The notes: generated by a model not told the origin, from the sequence alone. Numbered from the stretch's first letter, positions 34,746 through 45,985 are shown. The stretch is DNA of 64,000 nt from an uncultured Gammaproteobacteria bacterium (GCA_963797555.1 CAWCPV010000003.1:256001-320000), one strand, 5' to 3'. Numbers and translations: made by a program.

Positions 34746-36149
34746 ATGACGAAGGCAATAAGCTACCCGCAAATCCTGAGGTATCTCCTTCGTTGCTCCG
34801 CGTCCGAAGCCTCATCTGGCTCCTGCTCGTGTTCTGCCCCCTTTGGGGAGCAGACCAGAGCGCGCCCCACGTTGTGCTCTTGCACGTCCAAGGCGCCATC
34901 GGCCCGGCCACCGCCGACTATGTGGTACGGGGCCTGAAGACGGCAGCGGAGCATCGGGCAGGATTGGCGATCATCGAAATGGATACGCCGGGCGGGCTCG
35001 ATTCGGCCATGCGCCAGATCATCCAGGCGATATTGGGCTCGCCGATCCCAGTGGCGGGCTTCGTGGCGCCTTCCGGCGCCCGCGCAGCCAGTGCCGGCAC
35101 CTATATTCTCTATGCGTGCCACATCGCCGGCATGGCGCCAGGTACGAACCTCGGAGCGGCAACGCCGATCGAGCTGGGCACCCCGTTGCCGGAAACACCG
35201 CAGAAGGCCGGCCGCGGCGAGGAGCCGAAAAAGTCCGACGAAACAGGCGGGGACGCGAAGACCCGCAAGCTGGTGCAACGATGCGGTCGCCTACATCCGC
35301 AGCCTCGCGGAGTTGCGGCATCGCAACGCAGATTGGGCGGAGAAGGCGGTGCGCGAAGCGGCCAGCCTATCGGCCCAGGAAGCTTTGAAGCTCAACGTCA
35401 TCGATCTCATGGCAACGGACATCGCAGATCTGTTGGGCGCAGTCGATGGCCGGGAGGTCGATGTGCTCGGCAGGATCGTCTCTCTGAAGACCCGCGGTAT
35501 CTTGGTCGAACGCGTGGAGCCGGATTGGCGCAGTCAGTTGCTGGCAGTGATTACCGACCCCAATATCGCCTACGTCTTGATGATCATCGGGATCTACGGC
35601 CTGATCTTCGAGTTCGCGAACCCAGGCTTCGTTCTGCCGGGCGTGGCGGGCGCGATCTGCCTGCTCCTCGCCCTCTATGCCTTCCAGGTGCTACCAGTCA
35701 ACTATGCGGGCCTCGGCCTCATCCTGCTAGGACTCGCGTTCATGGTCGCGGAGGCGTTCATGCCTAGCTTCGGAGCGCTGGGCGTCGGAGGCGTGATCGC
35801 GTTCATCGTGGGCTCGATCATGCTCATGGACACCGGCGCGCCAGGCTACCGCATCCACTGGGAGCTGATCGCCGGGCTGGGGCTGGGAAGCGCGATCTTC
35901 CTGATCGGCGCGGTGACCTTAGCGCTGCGCGCCCGCAGCCGCCCCGTGGTCAGCGGCCGCGAGGCCCTGATAGACGCCCCCGGGGAAGCCTTGGGGGACT
36001 TCGAAGGCGAGGGCCGGATCCGCCTTCGCGGCGAGACCTGGCTCGCCCGTGCCCGCGTCCCGATAAAGCGCGGCCAGAAGGTCCGTGTTGTCCGCAAGGA
36101 GGACCTGATACTCATCGTCGAGCCGGAGGCACCTGAGGAGGGCCCGTGA
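34746..36149 (+). CDS. NfeD-family membrane serine protease (frameshifts)
   Basis: MDTPGGL, ARAASAG, TNLGAATP, TM block, OB-fold C-terminus. Confidence 0.88.
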
Positions 36150-36150
36150 C

Positions 36151-36907
36151 ATGAACGCCATCTATGTGACCCTGGGCATCATCCTGGCGGCGGTATTCGC
36201 CTCCGTCCGTATACTCTGGGAATATGAGCGCGGCGTGGTCTTTCTATTGGGGCGCTTCTGGAAGGTGAAGGGCCCCGGCCTGATCCTGGTCATTCCCATC
36301 CTGCAACGCATCGTGCGCGTCGACCTGCGTACCATGGTGCTCGATGTCCCCACTCAGAGACGTCATCTCCCGCGACAACGTCTCGGTCAAGGTGAACGCG
36401 GTGATTTACTACCGCGTGATAGACCCCGAACGGGCCATCATCCAAGTCGAGGATTTCAATATGGCGACCAGCCAGTTGGCGCAGACGACTTTGCGCTCGG
36501 TCTTGGGTCAGCACGAGCTGGACGAGATGCTGGCGGAACGGGACCGGCTCAACGTCGACATCCAGGCGATCCTCGACAAGCAGACCGACGCCTGGGGCAT
36601 CAAAGTCGCGAATGTCGAGATCAAGCACGTCGATCTGGACGAGAGCATGATCCGCGCCATTGCCAGGCAAGCGGAGGCCGAGCGCGAACGCCGCGCCAAG
36701 GTCATCAACGCCGAGGGCGAGTTCCAGGCCGCGGCGAAGATGCTGGAGGCGGCGCGCATCCTCGCACAGGAGCCTGTCGCGATACAGTTGCGCTATCTGC
36801 ACACCCTGACCGACATCGCCACCGAGCGGAACTCGACCATCGCGTTCCCGATCCCCATCGATCTCCTGGCCCCGCTGTTGAAGTCCGCGGAGAGCAAACG
36901 CGGCTAA
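36151..36907 (+). CDS. Slipin/SPFH (stomatin-like) protein; frameshift near 36355
   Basis: [31 protein letters not shown]. Confidence 0.9.
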
Positions 36908-36932
36908 AGGGACGTTTTGCAGTCACACGGCC

Positions 36933-37667
36933 ATGCCCGACTCACGGCAACCCACCTCCGCCTCGTTGGAGCGTAAGCGTCCGAAACCGATCTCGCCGCT
37001 TGAGATCAAGGGCAGCGTGTTCACTCTCGGAGTGCTGCACCTTCTGGTGAGCGACCTGGACGCCATCGCCGGCGAACTAACCGCCAAGCTCAAAATGAGC
37101 CCGCGGTTCTTCCGCCATGCGCCGCTCGTCATCGACCTGCAAGCGCTGCCGGAATCCGCGGAGCCGGTCGACTTCGACGCCTTGGTGCGCCTGCTGCGAT
37201 CGCACGATCTGGTCCCGGTCGGAGTGCGCAACGCCGCCCCCCAGCAGCAGGAGGCAGCGTTGGCGGTCGGTCTGGGGGTTCTGCAGGGGGGGCGACCAGA
37301 ACGGGAACGCCGTGAAACCGAGGCCGCGGCGCCCTCGCATACGCCGACCAAGCTCATCACTCAGCCGGTGCGCTCGGGTCAACAGATCTATGCGCAGGCC
37401 GGGGACCTGATCGTCCTCGCACCCGTCAGCCCTGGCGCGGAGCTGCTTGCAGATGGTCATATCCACGTTTATGCACCGCTACGCGGACGAGCGCTGGCGG
37501 GTATCCAGGGCGACACCAGCGCACGCATCTTCTGCCAATGCCTGGAAGCGGAACTGATCTCGGTCGCGGGCCACTACCGGGTCATCGAGGATCTGGACGC
37601 AGCCGTGCGCGGCAGGCCGGTGCAGGCATACCTGGAGGGCGAGCGCCTCACCATCAAGGGACTCTAG
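36933..37667 (+). CDS. minC: Septum site-determining protein MinC
   Basis: PVRSGQQIYA, GAELLADGHIHVY. Confidence 0.94.
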   Translation: MPDSRQPTSASLERKRPKPISPLEIKGSVFTLGVLHLLVSDLDAIAGELTAKLKMSPRFFRHAPLVIDLQALPESAEPVDFDALVRLLRSHDLVPVGVRNAAPQQQEAALAVGLGVLQGGRPERERRETEAAAPSHTPTKLITQPVRSGQQIYAQAGDLIVLAPVSPGAELLADGHIHVYAPLRGRALAGIQGDTSARIFCQCLEAELISVAGHYRVIEDLDAAVRGRPVQAYLEGERLTIKGL

Positions 37668-37721
37668 GGCACGGACGGGAACTCTTTACAATCTGGCCAA
37701 CTTTTCCGGGGCAGGGACGAT

Positions 37722-38546
37722 ATGTCGGAGAACTCACTAGCAAAGATCATCGTAGTCACCTCTGGCAAAGGCGGCGTGGGCAAGACCACTACCGCCGCGA
37801 GCTTCGGGGCAGGGCTCGCTCAGAGGGCCTTCAGAACGGTCGTGATAGACTTCGATGTCGGGCTGCGCAACCTCGACCTGATCATGGGCTGCGAGCGCCG
37901 CGTGGTCTACGACTTCGTCAACGTCATCAACAACGAAGCCACCCTCAAGCAGGCGCTCATCAAGGACAAGCGGGTGGATGGCCTGTTCATCCTTCCGGCC
38001 TCTCAGACTCGCGACAAGGAGGCATTGACCCAGGAGGGCGTCGAGAGAGTCCTGACCGAGCTACAGCAGAACTTCGACTACATCATCTGCGATTCACCGG
38101 CTGGCATCGAACGCGGCGCATTGATGGCCATGTACTTTGCGGATCAGGCGCTGGTCGTGACCAACCCGGAGGTGTCCTCCGTACGGGATTCGGATCGTAT
38201 CCTCGGTATCCTGGCCGCCAAGTCGCGCCGTGCCGAACGGGGCGACACCCCCATAAAGGAGCACCTGGTACTGACCCGTTATGCCCCGGAGCGGGTCACC
38301 CGGGGAGAGATGCTGAGCGTGGAAGATGTCAACGAGATCCTGGCCATCCCGGTCCTCGGAGTGATCCCGGAATCGCAGACTGTTCTCTCCGCCTCCAACG
38401 CTGGCGTGCCTGTGATACTCGAGGACAAGAGCGAAGCCGCACAAGCGTATTCCGACACAGTTGCCCGCTTTCTAGGGGAAGACCGACCCCACCGCTTCCT
38501 GCGGGAAGAGAAGAAGGGTTTCCTCCGACGCTTCTTTGGGAGCTGA
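37722..38546 (+). CDS. minD: MinD ATPase
   Basis: SGKGGVGKTT, GLRNLDL, C-terminal amphipathic helix. Confidence 0.97.
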   Translation: MSENSLAKIIVVTSGKGGVGKTTTAASFGAGLAQRAFRTVVIDFDVGLRNLDLIMGCERRVVYDFVNVINNEATLKQALIKDKRVDGLFILPASQTRDKEALTQEGVERVLTELQQNFDYIICDSPAGIERGALMAMYFADQALVVTNPEVSSVRDSDRILGILAAKSRRAERGDTPIKEHLVLTRYAPERVTRGEMLSVEDVNEILAIPVLGVIPESQTVLSASNAGVPVILEDKSEAAQAYSDTVARFLGEDRPHRFLREEKKGFLRRFFGS

Positions 38547-38549
38547 GTC

Positions 38550-38820
38550 ATGAGCCTTCTCAACTACTTTCGCACGGCGAGCAGGAGAAACACGGCTGCG
38601 GTCGCCAAGGAGCGCCTGCAGATTATCGTCGCCCACGAGCGCGCCTACCGCAACGCACCCCATTACCTCCCAATCCTGCAAAAGGGGACTGCTGGACGTC
38701 ATCGGCAAGTACGTCAGAGTGCAGGACGACCACGTGCGGATCAACCTCGAGCGAGAGGGCGACTACGAGATCTTGGAGCTGAACATCACCTTGCCCGACG
38801 ACCCATCTGCTAGGCGTTAG
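38550..38820 (+). CDS. minE: MinE; frameshift near 38685
   Basis: [13 protein letters not shown] ... LLDVIGKYV ... LELNITLP. Confidence 0.92.
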
Positions 38821-38824
38821 TGAG

Positions 38825-39065
38825 GTCCGTCTTACTCAGGCACGGGCACCCCGGCGAGGCGCGCCGGGGACATGTCGATGCACACGACGGTGATTCTCTC
38901 CGGCGTGTCGCCGTGGACGCGCAGATCCTCGGCAAACTGCCCAACGGTCCCTTGATCCCGCCCGTCACAGCCATAGAGCACCCGAGCGGCCTCGAGGTCA
39001 TGGAACAGGCTGATGTAGCGCTGGCCGCGCCGGCCGGCCGTCTCGTCAATGCCGACCAAGCGCAC
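38825..39065 (-). mobile_element. ISL3 transposase internal fragment
   Basis: VGIDET..RRGQRY, VCIDMSPA. Confidence 0.8.
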
Positions 39066-39696
39066 CGCGCTAAAGTCCGCTCACCTGGCATCCGAAGCCA
39101 GGACACGGGTCATTGCTGCCGATTGCCCGACGCGGACCCGCGGACAACCACGAGCAGAAGGAGTGTGCCCAATAATATGGGCATCGGCACCCTCCGGCAA
39201 ATCGTACGGCGCTTCGGTCATAAGCGAGAACGGGCGCATGTTTTCGGGTGATTGAGGTTCTGGCGATTTGAAATCGGCCCGCGGAATTCGCCTGGCTGAT
39301 CGTCGCCGGACTTGTCAGCAGACAGAGCTTGAACACGAACCGCGGCAGGACAAGTCGCTTTCGCACCGTCGAGACTCAATGAGTGGTCCGGTCAGCAGTA
39401 CACGCTGCGTCCGGATGTCTGGCCAATCGAGGAAACGCGGCCTGGCACGCGCCCACAACGGCTTGACGCCCCGATCCCAAGGCTCTAACGGCGATCGAGG
39501 CTACCACCGGTTTCTCACCTCGGCGTTTCGTGCCTTCCATTGCTCGTCATCTGTGCTAATGTTTGGTAAGCTTACGCCGGACATCCAAACGGGGTCCGGC
39601 CCCAAAGTCATACCCGCGGTATTGGCTGCTTCCGCGCTCGTGCGACGGCGTTAGCGGTTAAGCATTGTAGGGACCGCACCAGAAGAGGAGAGACCC

Positions 39697-40251
39697 ATGA
39701 CTTCGTCCAACCGGTATGCTCTGACAGCAGATCAGGTCCGTCGGGCCGCACGTGGGCCGTTTGCCGTTTCGATATTCTTGGCAGTCCTGCTGGGCATCTC
39801 AGCCCCAACCCGGGCGAACGATAACCCGGCTCTGTGGAAACGGGAGGTCAAAGCCCGCTACGACGTGTTGCTTGAGGATGTCAAATCCGCGTTGGAGGCA
39901 TACCAGTTCACGATTGTATCCGAGCAGGATCTGGCAAAGGCGTTGGCCAAGAACCGGCACGTTTTCGGCGAGGGCAAGTGGAACACCATTGGGTTTCAGG
40001 AAGCCACCGTCGTGAATTTCTGTTCCCTGGTCTTTAACCAACAGGTGTTCAACCTGAACATGGATTATTCGATCCTGTGTCCGTTTAAAGTGGTCCTGTA
40101 CTCCATGGAGAAGAGCCCTGATTCGGTGACGATCATAATGGTCCGGCCAACGTATCTTCTCGCGCACTTCCCAGATCCGAGCGCTAAGGAAGTCGCCAAG
40201 AGGATCGAAGACCGCATCGTCGCGGCCCTTACCGAGGCGCTCCCCCACTGA
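39697..40251 (+). CDS. Exported DUF302-like protein
   Basis: Signal peptide; VNFC...LCPFKVVLY. Confidence 0.65.
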   Translation: MTSSNRYALTADQVRRAARGPFAVSIFLAVLLGISAPTRANDNPALWKREVKARYDVLLEDVKSALEAYQFTIVSEQDLAKALAKNRHVFGEGKWNTIGFQEATVVNFCSLVFNQQVFNLNMDYSILCPFKVVLYSMEKSPDSVTIIMVRPTYLLAHFPDPSAKEVAKRIEDRIVAALTEALPH

Positions 40252-40714
40252 CATTGACCTGTGGAAGAGGCTCGACGGGCGCGGCCCGCGGCGCGAACGT
40301 GCCTAGCCGCTAGCGCCGCACGGCCGGGCGTTCGCGCGTAGATGGGCCGGATATGCCGGTCATCCCTCGGCACCACGCGGAACATCAGGTGTCTGGTTTG
40401 GAGACGCAAGACCGGGTTTGCATCGCCGCCCCGACAGACGGCGCGGAGCTCGGCGCAGCCGCCACGGCCTGCGGTCACGTTGAGATGGTTGAGACGTGTG
40501 GGGCGCGTGATCATCCAGGGCGGGGGCGACGCTGGTCATGCCGACGACGGTCCTGGTGGCAGAGTCGGGCGGTAGCATTCGGGGATCGCGGTCAGCACAC
40601 GGAGGCGGAACGCGACCACTTGAAAAACATGTCGAGACTATGATAATTCCTTGCAGGACCCAGGCGATGAGCAGCAAGCCATGCCTGGTCCCATCAACCC
40701 CAACAGGAGGAACC

Positions 40715-41272
40715 ATGACAGCGACAGCTATCACCGAAGAGATGATCTTCCAGTGCTTTGCCGCCGCCCAGCAGTCGGACGATCCTGCGAAGACTGCCGA
40801 GTCCTTTATAGACGTTGAGGAGTATGAGAATCAGGTCATGTACCCGGAGTTTGCCCGATGGGCCGCGAAGGCGGGGCACCCGCAACTGGCGAAGCTCTTC
40901 CGTAAGGTGGCGGGCGAGGAGAAGCTCCACGCCGTGTGGCTGAGAGCGTTGTACGACGAGGTCGGGGTCCCCCCTCGGGGTGAAGACACACAGCGCGCCG
41001 TCGATGCCCTGCGTACGATCCAGGCGAACTGCGACGCCCTCGTCGCCATGAACCCGGAAGGCGTAGTGGAGAAAGCGTTGGCGGTAGCCATTCGAGTGGA
41101 GGAGCGGGAATACAGGGACATTTACCCGCGCTTTCGCGACCAGGCGCGGGCGTCGAACGACACCCGGGCGGCCGAGGTCTACCAAAAGGTGATCGACTCG
41201 GAACGCCAACATGCCCAGTGGTACCGGGCCGCATTGCGGGACTTCCAGCAGCGCGCGGGTGTTGCTGCCTGA
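40715..41272 (+). CDS. Rubrerythrin-like ferritin-fold di-iron protein (no rubredoxin domain)
   Basis: EEYE..MYP.FA, EEKLH, EEREY..IYP, ERQH; AGGAGG RBS. Confidence 0.8.
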   Translation: MTATAITEEMIFQCFAAAQQSDDPAKTAESFIDVEEYENQVMYPEFARWAAKAGHPQLAKLFRKVAGEEKLHAVWLRALYDEVGVPPRGEDTQRAVDALRTIQANCDALVAMNPEGVVEKALAVAIRVEEREYRDIYPRFRDQARASNDTRAAEVYQKVIDSERQHAQWYRAALRDFQQRAGVAA

Positions 41273-41283
41273 TCCCGTAGTCC

Positions 41284-42138
41284 TTGACAGATAAGGTCGC
41301 ATTTCCGGCGCCGGCGAGGTGGTGGCAGGCACTGACCCCTGCCATCTACCTCGTTTCTGTCCTGCCCGGAGTCGGTGTCTGGCAACTTCTACGTCCCACC
41401 GGAGACGCCCTGGGGTCGCTCGGAGCGGCCACGGTCGCCGTGGTGCTCGTGCAGCACGCCATTAACGTCTTGAACGACGTGTCCGACTGGCGCCTAGGCG
41501 CGGACGCAGAAAAACGGAACTCCTGGGTCCGCGTCCACGATGAGGATCTCGTCGTGGCCACACGTCATGGGTGGCTGAGCTTCCTAGCGGGCAGCCTGCT
41601 CGGACTCGCCACGCTGGCTCGGGGTGAGCGCTTGTGGATTCTCGCCGTCGCTTTGCCTCTGGTGGGCCTCGGGTATCTCTACAACTCGGGAAGGAGACCT
41701 TTGTCCTATACCCGGCTGGGAGAATGGGTGACCGGCCTGTGCTACGGGCCGGGCGTCTTCGGCTGTCTCTGGCTCGTGGTCCATCAGGACATCGAGATCT
41801 CGACCCTTTTCGGTTGCGCAGCCTTCGGCTGTCTCGCCGTCGGTCTCCTGCTCTCCCATCAACCCCCGCAGATCTCCACAGACCGTCAGGCCGGCAAACA
41901 TTCCTTCGCCGCGCGGTACGGAGCGGTCCGGACGTATCAAACCGCCCGGCTTCTTTTTCTGAGCTTTCTGACCACATGGGGAATGGCGCTGGGGCAGCAA
42001 CAACCGCACCGAGTGACGTTCGCGTTCTATATCACCCTCTCATGTCTGGTATTCTCCGGGACTTACGTCAAGGAACTCGGCCCGAAGTATCTGCTGCTTT
42101 CATCGACCGGCCTGTTCGCGGTCCAAGCCTTGGGGTAG
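41284..42138 (+). CDS. UbiA/MenA-like prenyltransferase
   Basis: NVLNDVSDWRLGAD, PLSYTRLGE, DRQAGK; multiple TM segments. Confidence 0.8.
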   Translation: MTDKVAFPAPARWWQALTPAIYLVSVLPGVGVWQLLRPTGDALGSLGAATVAVVLVQHAINVLNDVSDWRLGADAEKRNSWVRVHDEDLVVATRHGWLSFLAGSLLGLATLARGERLWILAVALPLVGLGYLYNSGRRPLSYTRLGEWVTGLCYGPGVFGCLWLVVHQDIEISTLFGCAAFGCLAVGLLLSHQPPQISTDRQAGKHSFAARYGAVRTYQTARLLFLSFLTTWGMALGQQQPHRVTFAFYITLSCLVFSGTYVKELGPKYLLLSSTGLFAVQALG

Positions 42139-42362
42139 TTGCGGTCATCGCAGCGGGTTTGGAAGGACTGCGAGACAACCGCAGAGCATGTCCCTGAACA
42201 AGCGATAGGCCCTGACACTGCGCTTACAGGAGGCATCCGCGCGTACCTGCACAGACACACCGCACCCGCAGCTTCGTAGGCATGTCCGGGCTGAACCACC
42301 TGTTCACGCGAGGAGGTGCGGGCCTCGCCCATGGCGGCCACGGCCAGTCCGAGACGCAGCCA

Positions 42363-42797
42363 TCACCGCAACGGAATTTCCCGGCGCGCACGCTGCATAA
42401 AGGCCTGCAGAATGTGTCCGGCCATGTGATCGAACAATGGCACGGCGACGAACTCCAACGTTCTAGAAGCGAACCGGTAGTTGATGTTCAAGGCCAACTC
42501 GCAGCCGCCGCCGGTGTCGGTAAACCGCCAGTCTATCTCGAGGGACTTGAACATGCCTTCTCGGGAGCACACAACGATGCGTTTCGGCCGCTCCAGTCGC
42601 GCCTCGGAGACGAAGCGGTCGCGGAAGCCGCCCACGGTGATCGTCTGCTCCACCGCAAGGCAGTTGCCCTCGCGGCTTAGAATGCGAGCGCCGGCCCATC
42701 CCGGAACGAATTCAGGATACCGCTCAATGTCGGCCACGAGATCGAAAACAGGCTCCCTCCTATAGGGCAACCACGCGCTGTCTCGACGGCTGGCCAT
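42363..42797 (-). CDS. Coq10/RatA (START-fold) protein
   Basis: FDLVADIERYPEFVPG. Confidence 0.85.
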   Translation of the reverse strand: MASRRDSAWLPYRREPVFDLVADIERYPEFVPGWAGARILSREGNCLAVEQTITVGGFRDRFVSEARLERPKRIVVCSREGMFKSLEIDWRFTDTGGGCELALNINYRFASRTLEFVAVPLFDHMAGHILQAFMQRARREIPLR

Positions 42798-43392
42798 CGT
42801 CGCCTACGAGCCGCTCAGCACCTGGCGATCGGCCCGTACGAGTTATAGGGCAGGGACAGGAGCGGACTTGCTGGGCATTCGCAAAGCTCAGGACGGGTGG
42901 AAGGCTCCCACCACCGCATCCGTACCTCATCGCCTGGCGATTCTTCCCGCGAGAGAACCGGATCGCCGGTCACCGTCCGGCGGGGCGGGAACACGCTCGT
43001 CAGGCCCCGCCGAGGACGCTCTGAGGCACTCCCACGCGAGGTCCAAGAGAACGACCGTCGCCAAAGAGGTCGTTGGAACCGGGACTGGTGATGCCCGTCG
43101 CCTGCCGAGCAGACCCGGGATTCAGACCGTTCTTGCAGTGAACCGTCAGCCCGAACATGCACTCTCTCGCTTGCCACAAAGGATTCAGGCATAGTGAATC
43201 TCGCCTCCTTCGACCAGGTGTCGCCTCGTAGTTGTTTGCGCCTCCGAGGGGTATAGGGTACCAGCGGCCTCTCAACCTCCATAATCATAAACCCCGGACC
43301 CGGGCAGATTCAGCACGACGCCAGATTATCGGTTCTTGGAGCCTCCGGCATTCTCGGCACCGGCTGGAACCGGTCGAGTACCATCTACTTAT

Positions 43393-43635
43393 GGTTCATC
43401 CGGCAAGGATGGTTCATGGGGAGTGGGTTGAGTGTTGGGGAGTCGTCGCCAGGGTGTGGATTCTCTGTCTGGGTTGGAGTCCGGACCGAGGAGGCAACCA
43501 TGGACCTTGCCAGCGAGTACCACCAACCAGACCAAGGTGCTCCAGCGTCAAGCCTGTGGCTTTCGGGACAGGGAGTACTTCAAGCTCCGGCTGATGTTCA
43601 TCCACCAGGCCACCCCCTCACTCGCCGGATGAACC
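43393..43635 (+). mobile_element. 243-bp internally deleted ISL3 derivative (MITE-like)
   Basis: TIRs ggttcatccggcaag / ctcgccggatgaacc; flanking ACTTAT direct repeat; retains ACGFRDREYFKLR C-terminus. Confidence 0.85.
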
Positions 43636-43792
43636 ACTTATTTCTCATTGGACTGGCGACGTAGGTAACGAACCAAGGGGGCCCTATTTCTCCACACTTC
43701 CCGGTGGGTTGACAACCGGACCCGAAGCGTCGACACTTTGGTTCGGGCAGTACCCTTGTTTGTAAGACATGTGTGGAAGGAGAGAAAACCCG

Positions 43793-44110
43793 ATGAAGAA
43801 AGCTCTCGTCACCGCGATCGCCGGGGTGGTTCCGTTCGTGTTAGCGGCTTCGGCTTTCGCGGTTCCGCCCGGCCAGACCGTTGAGTTCACCCCAGAGGGA
43901 GCCGGCAAGGTGATCTTCGATGGCAAGATCCATGCTGCGAAGGGAGCCACGTGCGCTGATTGCCATCCCGGCCTGTTCCCCATGAAGAAGGGTGGCGCTA
44001 CGCTTTCCATGAAGGACATGGAAGCGGGCAAGGGCTGTGGCGCATGCCACAATGGCACCAAAGCCTTCGGCGTGAAGGATGCGGTTAGCTGCAACAAGTG
44101 CCACAAGTAG
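43793..44110 (+). CDS. Periplasmic triheme c7-type cytochrome
   Basis: Signal peptide; CADCH, CGACH, CNKCH. Confidence 0.9.
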   Translation: MKKALVTAIAGVVPFVLAASAFAVPPGQTVEFTPEGAGKVIFDGKIHAAKGATCADCHPGLFPMKKGGATLSMKDMEAGKGCGACHNGTKAFGVKDAVSCNKCHK

Positions 44111-44264
44111 CGGCCTGTCATTATCCACGGTAGAAAGAGTTCGCCGTGGCGTCGGTACGGTTGTGGCGTCGGCGACAGGTTCAAATCCTTGCCTGTGCGA
44201 TGGATGTGCAGTATGACCGTCCAATTCCGGACGCCATCCGTGAGCCGACGTGCCGACTACCAAG

Positions 44265-44460
44265 CCAGGCGCTGGACAACGCCTTCATCGAGCGACTTTG
44301 GCACACGGTCAAGTACGAGGATATCTATACTGCGCGACTACCAGAGCGTCCCCGCGCTCGACCGGGCTTGACAGACTACTTTCGCCTCTACAACCATGTG
44401 CGTCCGTGCAGTGCCCTCGGGGGGGGGACTCCCGCTGAGGTCCACTGGGCATCTCTACCA
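44265..44460 (+). mobile_element. IS3-family transposase C-terminal fragment
   Basis: DNAFIERLWHTVKYEDIY, YFRLYNHVRP. Confidence 0.8.
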
Positions 44461-44962
44461 ATCTACCAACCCCTCACTGAGGAAACTCACAACCGCTCTC
44501 ACCCCCTTACGTATCCGGCCCTGATCCCTGTCCAGCAATTGGGGTCCACGTCAGTCCGTTTGATGGAACAACGGCTCCACGCTGCTTGTGGCAGGACTGC
44601 CGACAACGACAAGCCGAAACCTGCGAGTGCGCCTTGATGGCACTATCCCGGTTGTGTCTGCAGCACCACAAGTCGCTGACGAGGAAATCGTGGGCCTTGC
44701 CCTCCCCGATTCCCGCCAGCAACAAATTCTCTCGGCCCTGCAAGTCAAACTCGCCGCTCCTTAGCTCCTTGTAGCCAGGCGAAACGCCCGATCTGCCCAG
44801 CGAAAGTCCTTTATTTCGTTAAGGGGGGGTGGTCAAATTAGCTCCTCTTGCATCAATATATTGGGTCCCTGGACACGTCAGGGGACGACGTGGCAGGGTA
44901 AGCGCAACTTCGGGAGTTTAGGTGCTGAAACGCCCGCGCAACGCCACCCGGAGGGACCGCGC

Positions 44963-45985
44963 ATGACCATCTTGAGTCGCTGGACAAGAGAACTCGCTAA
45001 ACTGCGTCCGCACGATGCACAGGCACTCGCCACCGAGGCCATGCTGCTGCGCGCAGGGCTGCGGGCTGGTGCGGAGGCCGTCGAAGACGTGCGCGAGTTC
45101 GCCGAGGCGAGACCGCTGATGGACTTCGCCGGGGCGCTGCTGGTGCGGCACGGCGTGAAAGACGTCGAGAGCTTGTCGGCGAACCAGGTCTTGAACCGCG
45201 CCCTGGAGGTCGGCCTGACCGCCACCTTGGAGGCCGCCAGCCGCCACGCAGTGCTGATGGGCTACGACGTGGCCCCGCAAACCCACGCGTGTTGGGTGGG
45301 CAACACAGGGGTCAAGGACTTCAACGCGCAGGAGCTTGGCGACGTTGGGACGCTCTCCGGCGACTTCGAGCAAACGGCGGTACAGACCTTTAAAAAAATC
45401 GTCCAGATCGGACGCGCCGCGATGCTGAACGACGACGTTGCACCGTTCCTGCGCACCAGCAACAGCTTCGGCATAAGCGCTCGGATCGCCGAGGCGGACG
45501 TGGCATATGCCACGCTGGAGGCCGACTCCACGCTGAACGACGGGTTGGCCACATTCCACACCACGCACGGTAACCTGATGGACGCGGCTCCCCCGACGGT
45601 CACATCCTTGACGGCGGCCGTCGCGGCCCTGCGCTCGCAGGTAGACGATCAGGGCCGGGCCATCAACCTGACGCCCAGCTTCGTCGTTGTTCCCGTGAGC
45701 GTCGAGATCGGAGCGCGGCAAGCCGTCATCTCGATTTACGGCTCGGGCGACCCTGACGCGCCGCGCGTGCTGGCCGAGCCGCGGTTGACCGCGAACTGGT
45801 ATCTCACCTGCGCGCAGACGGAGCGGCCGGCGCTCCACCTGATCGCCCGGTCCGCCTCGCGCGGGCCGTCGGTCAGCATCGGCCGAATCCCGAATTTCGA
45901 CGGGGAAGCGGCGAAATGCGTTTGGGCTTTCGCCGCCGCCGTACTGTCCTGGCGCGGCGCGGTCAAGACTCCGTTGCCGTCATAG
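44963..45985 (+). CDS. Phage major capsid-like protein (Mu gpT-like, as in protease-capsid fusions), intact frame, no protease domain
   Basis: VKDF, AMLNDD, FHTTHGNL, GRAINLTPSFVVVP, AEPRL..WYL, WRGAVK. Confidence 0.8.
   Translation: MTILSRWTRELAKLRPHDAQALATEAMLLRAGLRAGAEAVEDVREFAEARPLMDFAGALLVRHGVKDVESLSANQVLNRALEVGLTATLEAASRHAVLMGYDVAPQTHACWVGNTGVKDFNAQELGDVGTLSGDFEQTAVQTFKKIVQIGRAAMLNDDVAPFLRTSNSFGISARIAEADVAYATLEADSTLNDGLATFHTTHGNLMDAAPPTVTSLTAAVAALRSQVDDQGRAINLTPSFVVVPVSVEIGARQAVISIYGSGDPDAPRVLAEPRLTANWYLTCAQTERPALHLIARSASRGPSVSIGRIPNFDGEAAKCVWAFAAAVLSWRGAVKTPLPS

Noticed and set aside
42363-42797. RatAB toxin-antitoxin system
   Set aside because: No ratB partner; a Coq10-like lipid or quinone-binding role is equally plausible.
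43645-43790. Riboswitch upstream of the cytochrome
   Set aside because: Only a short hairpin and a TTGACA; no riboswitch consensus matched.
44640-44800. IstB-like fragment (RENLLLAG..GKAH, minus strand)
   Set aside because: Too short and degenerate to call.
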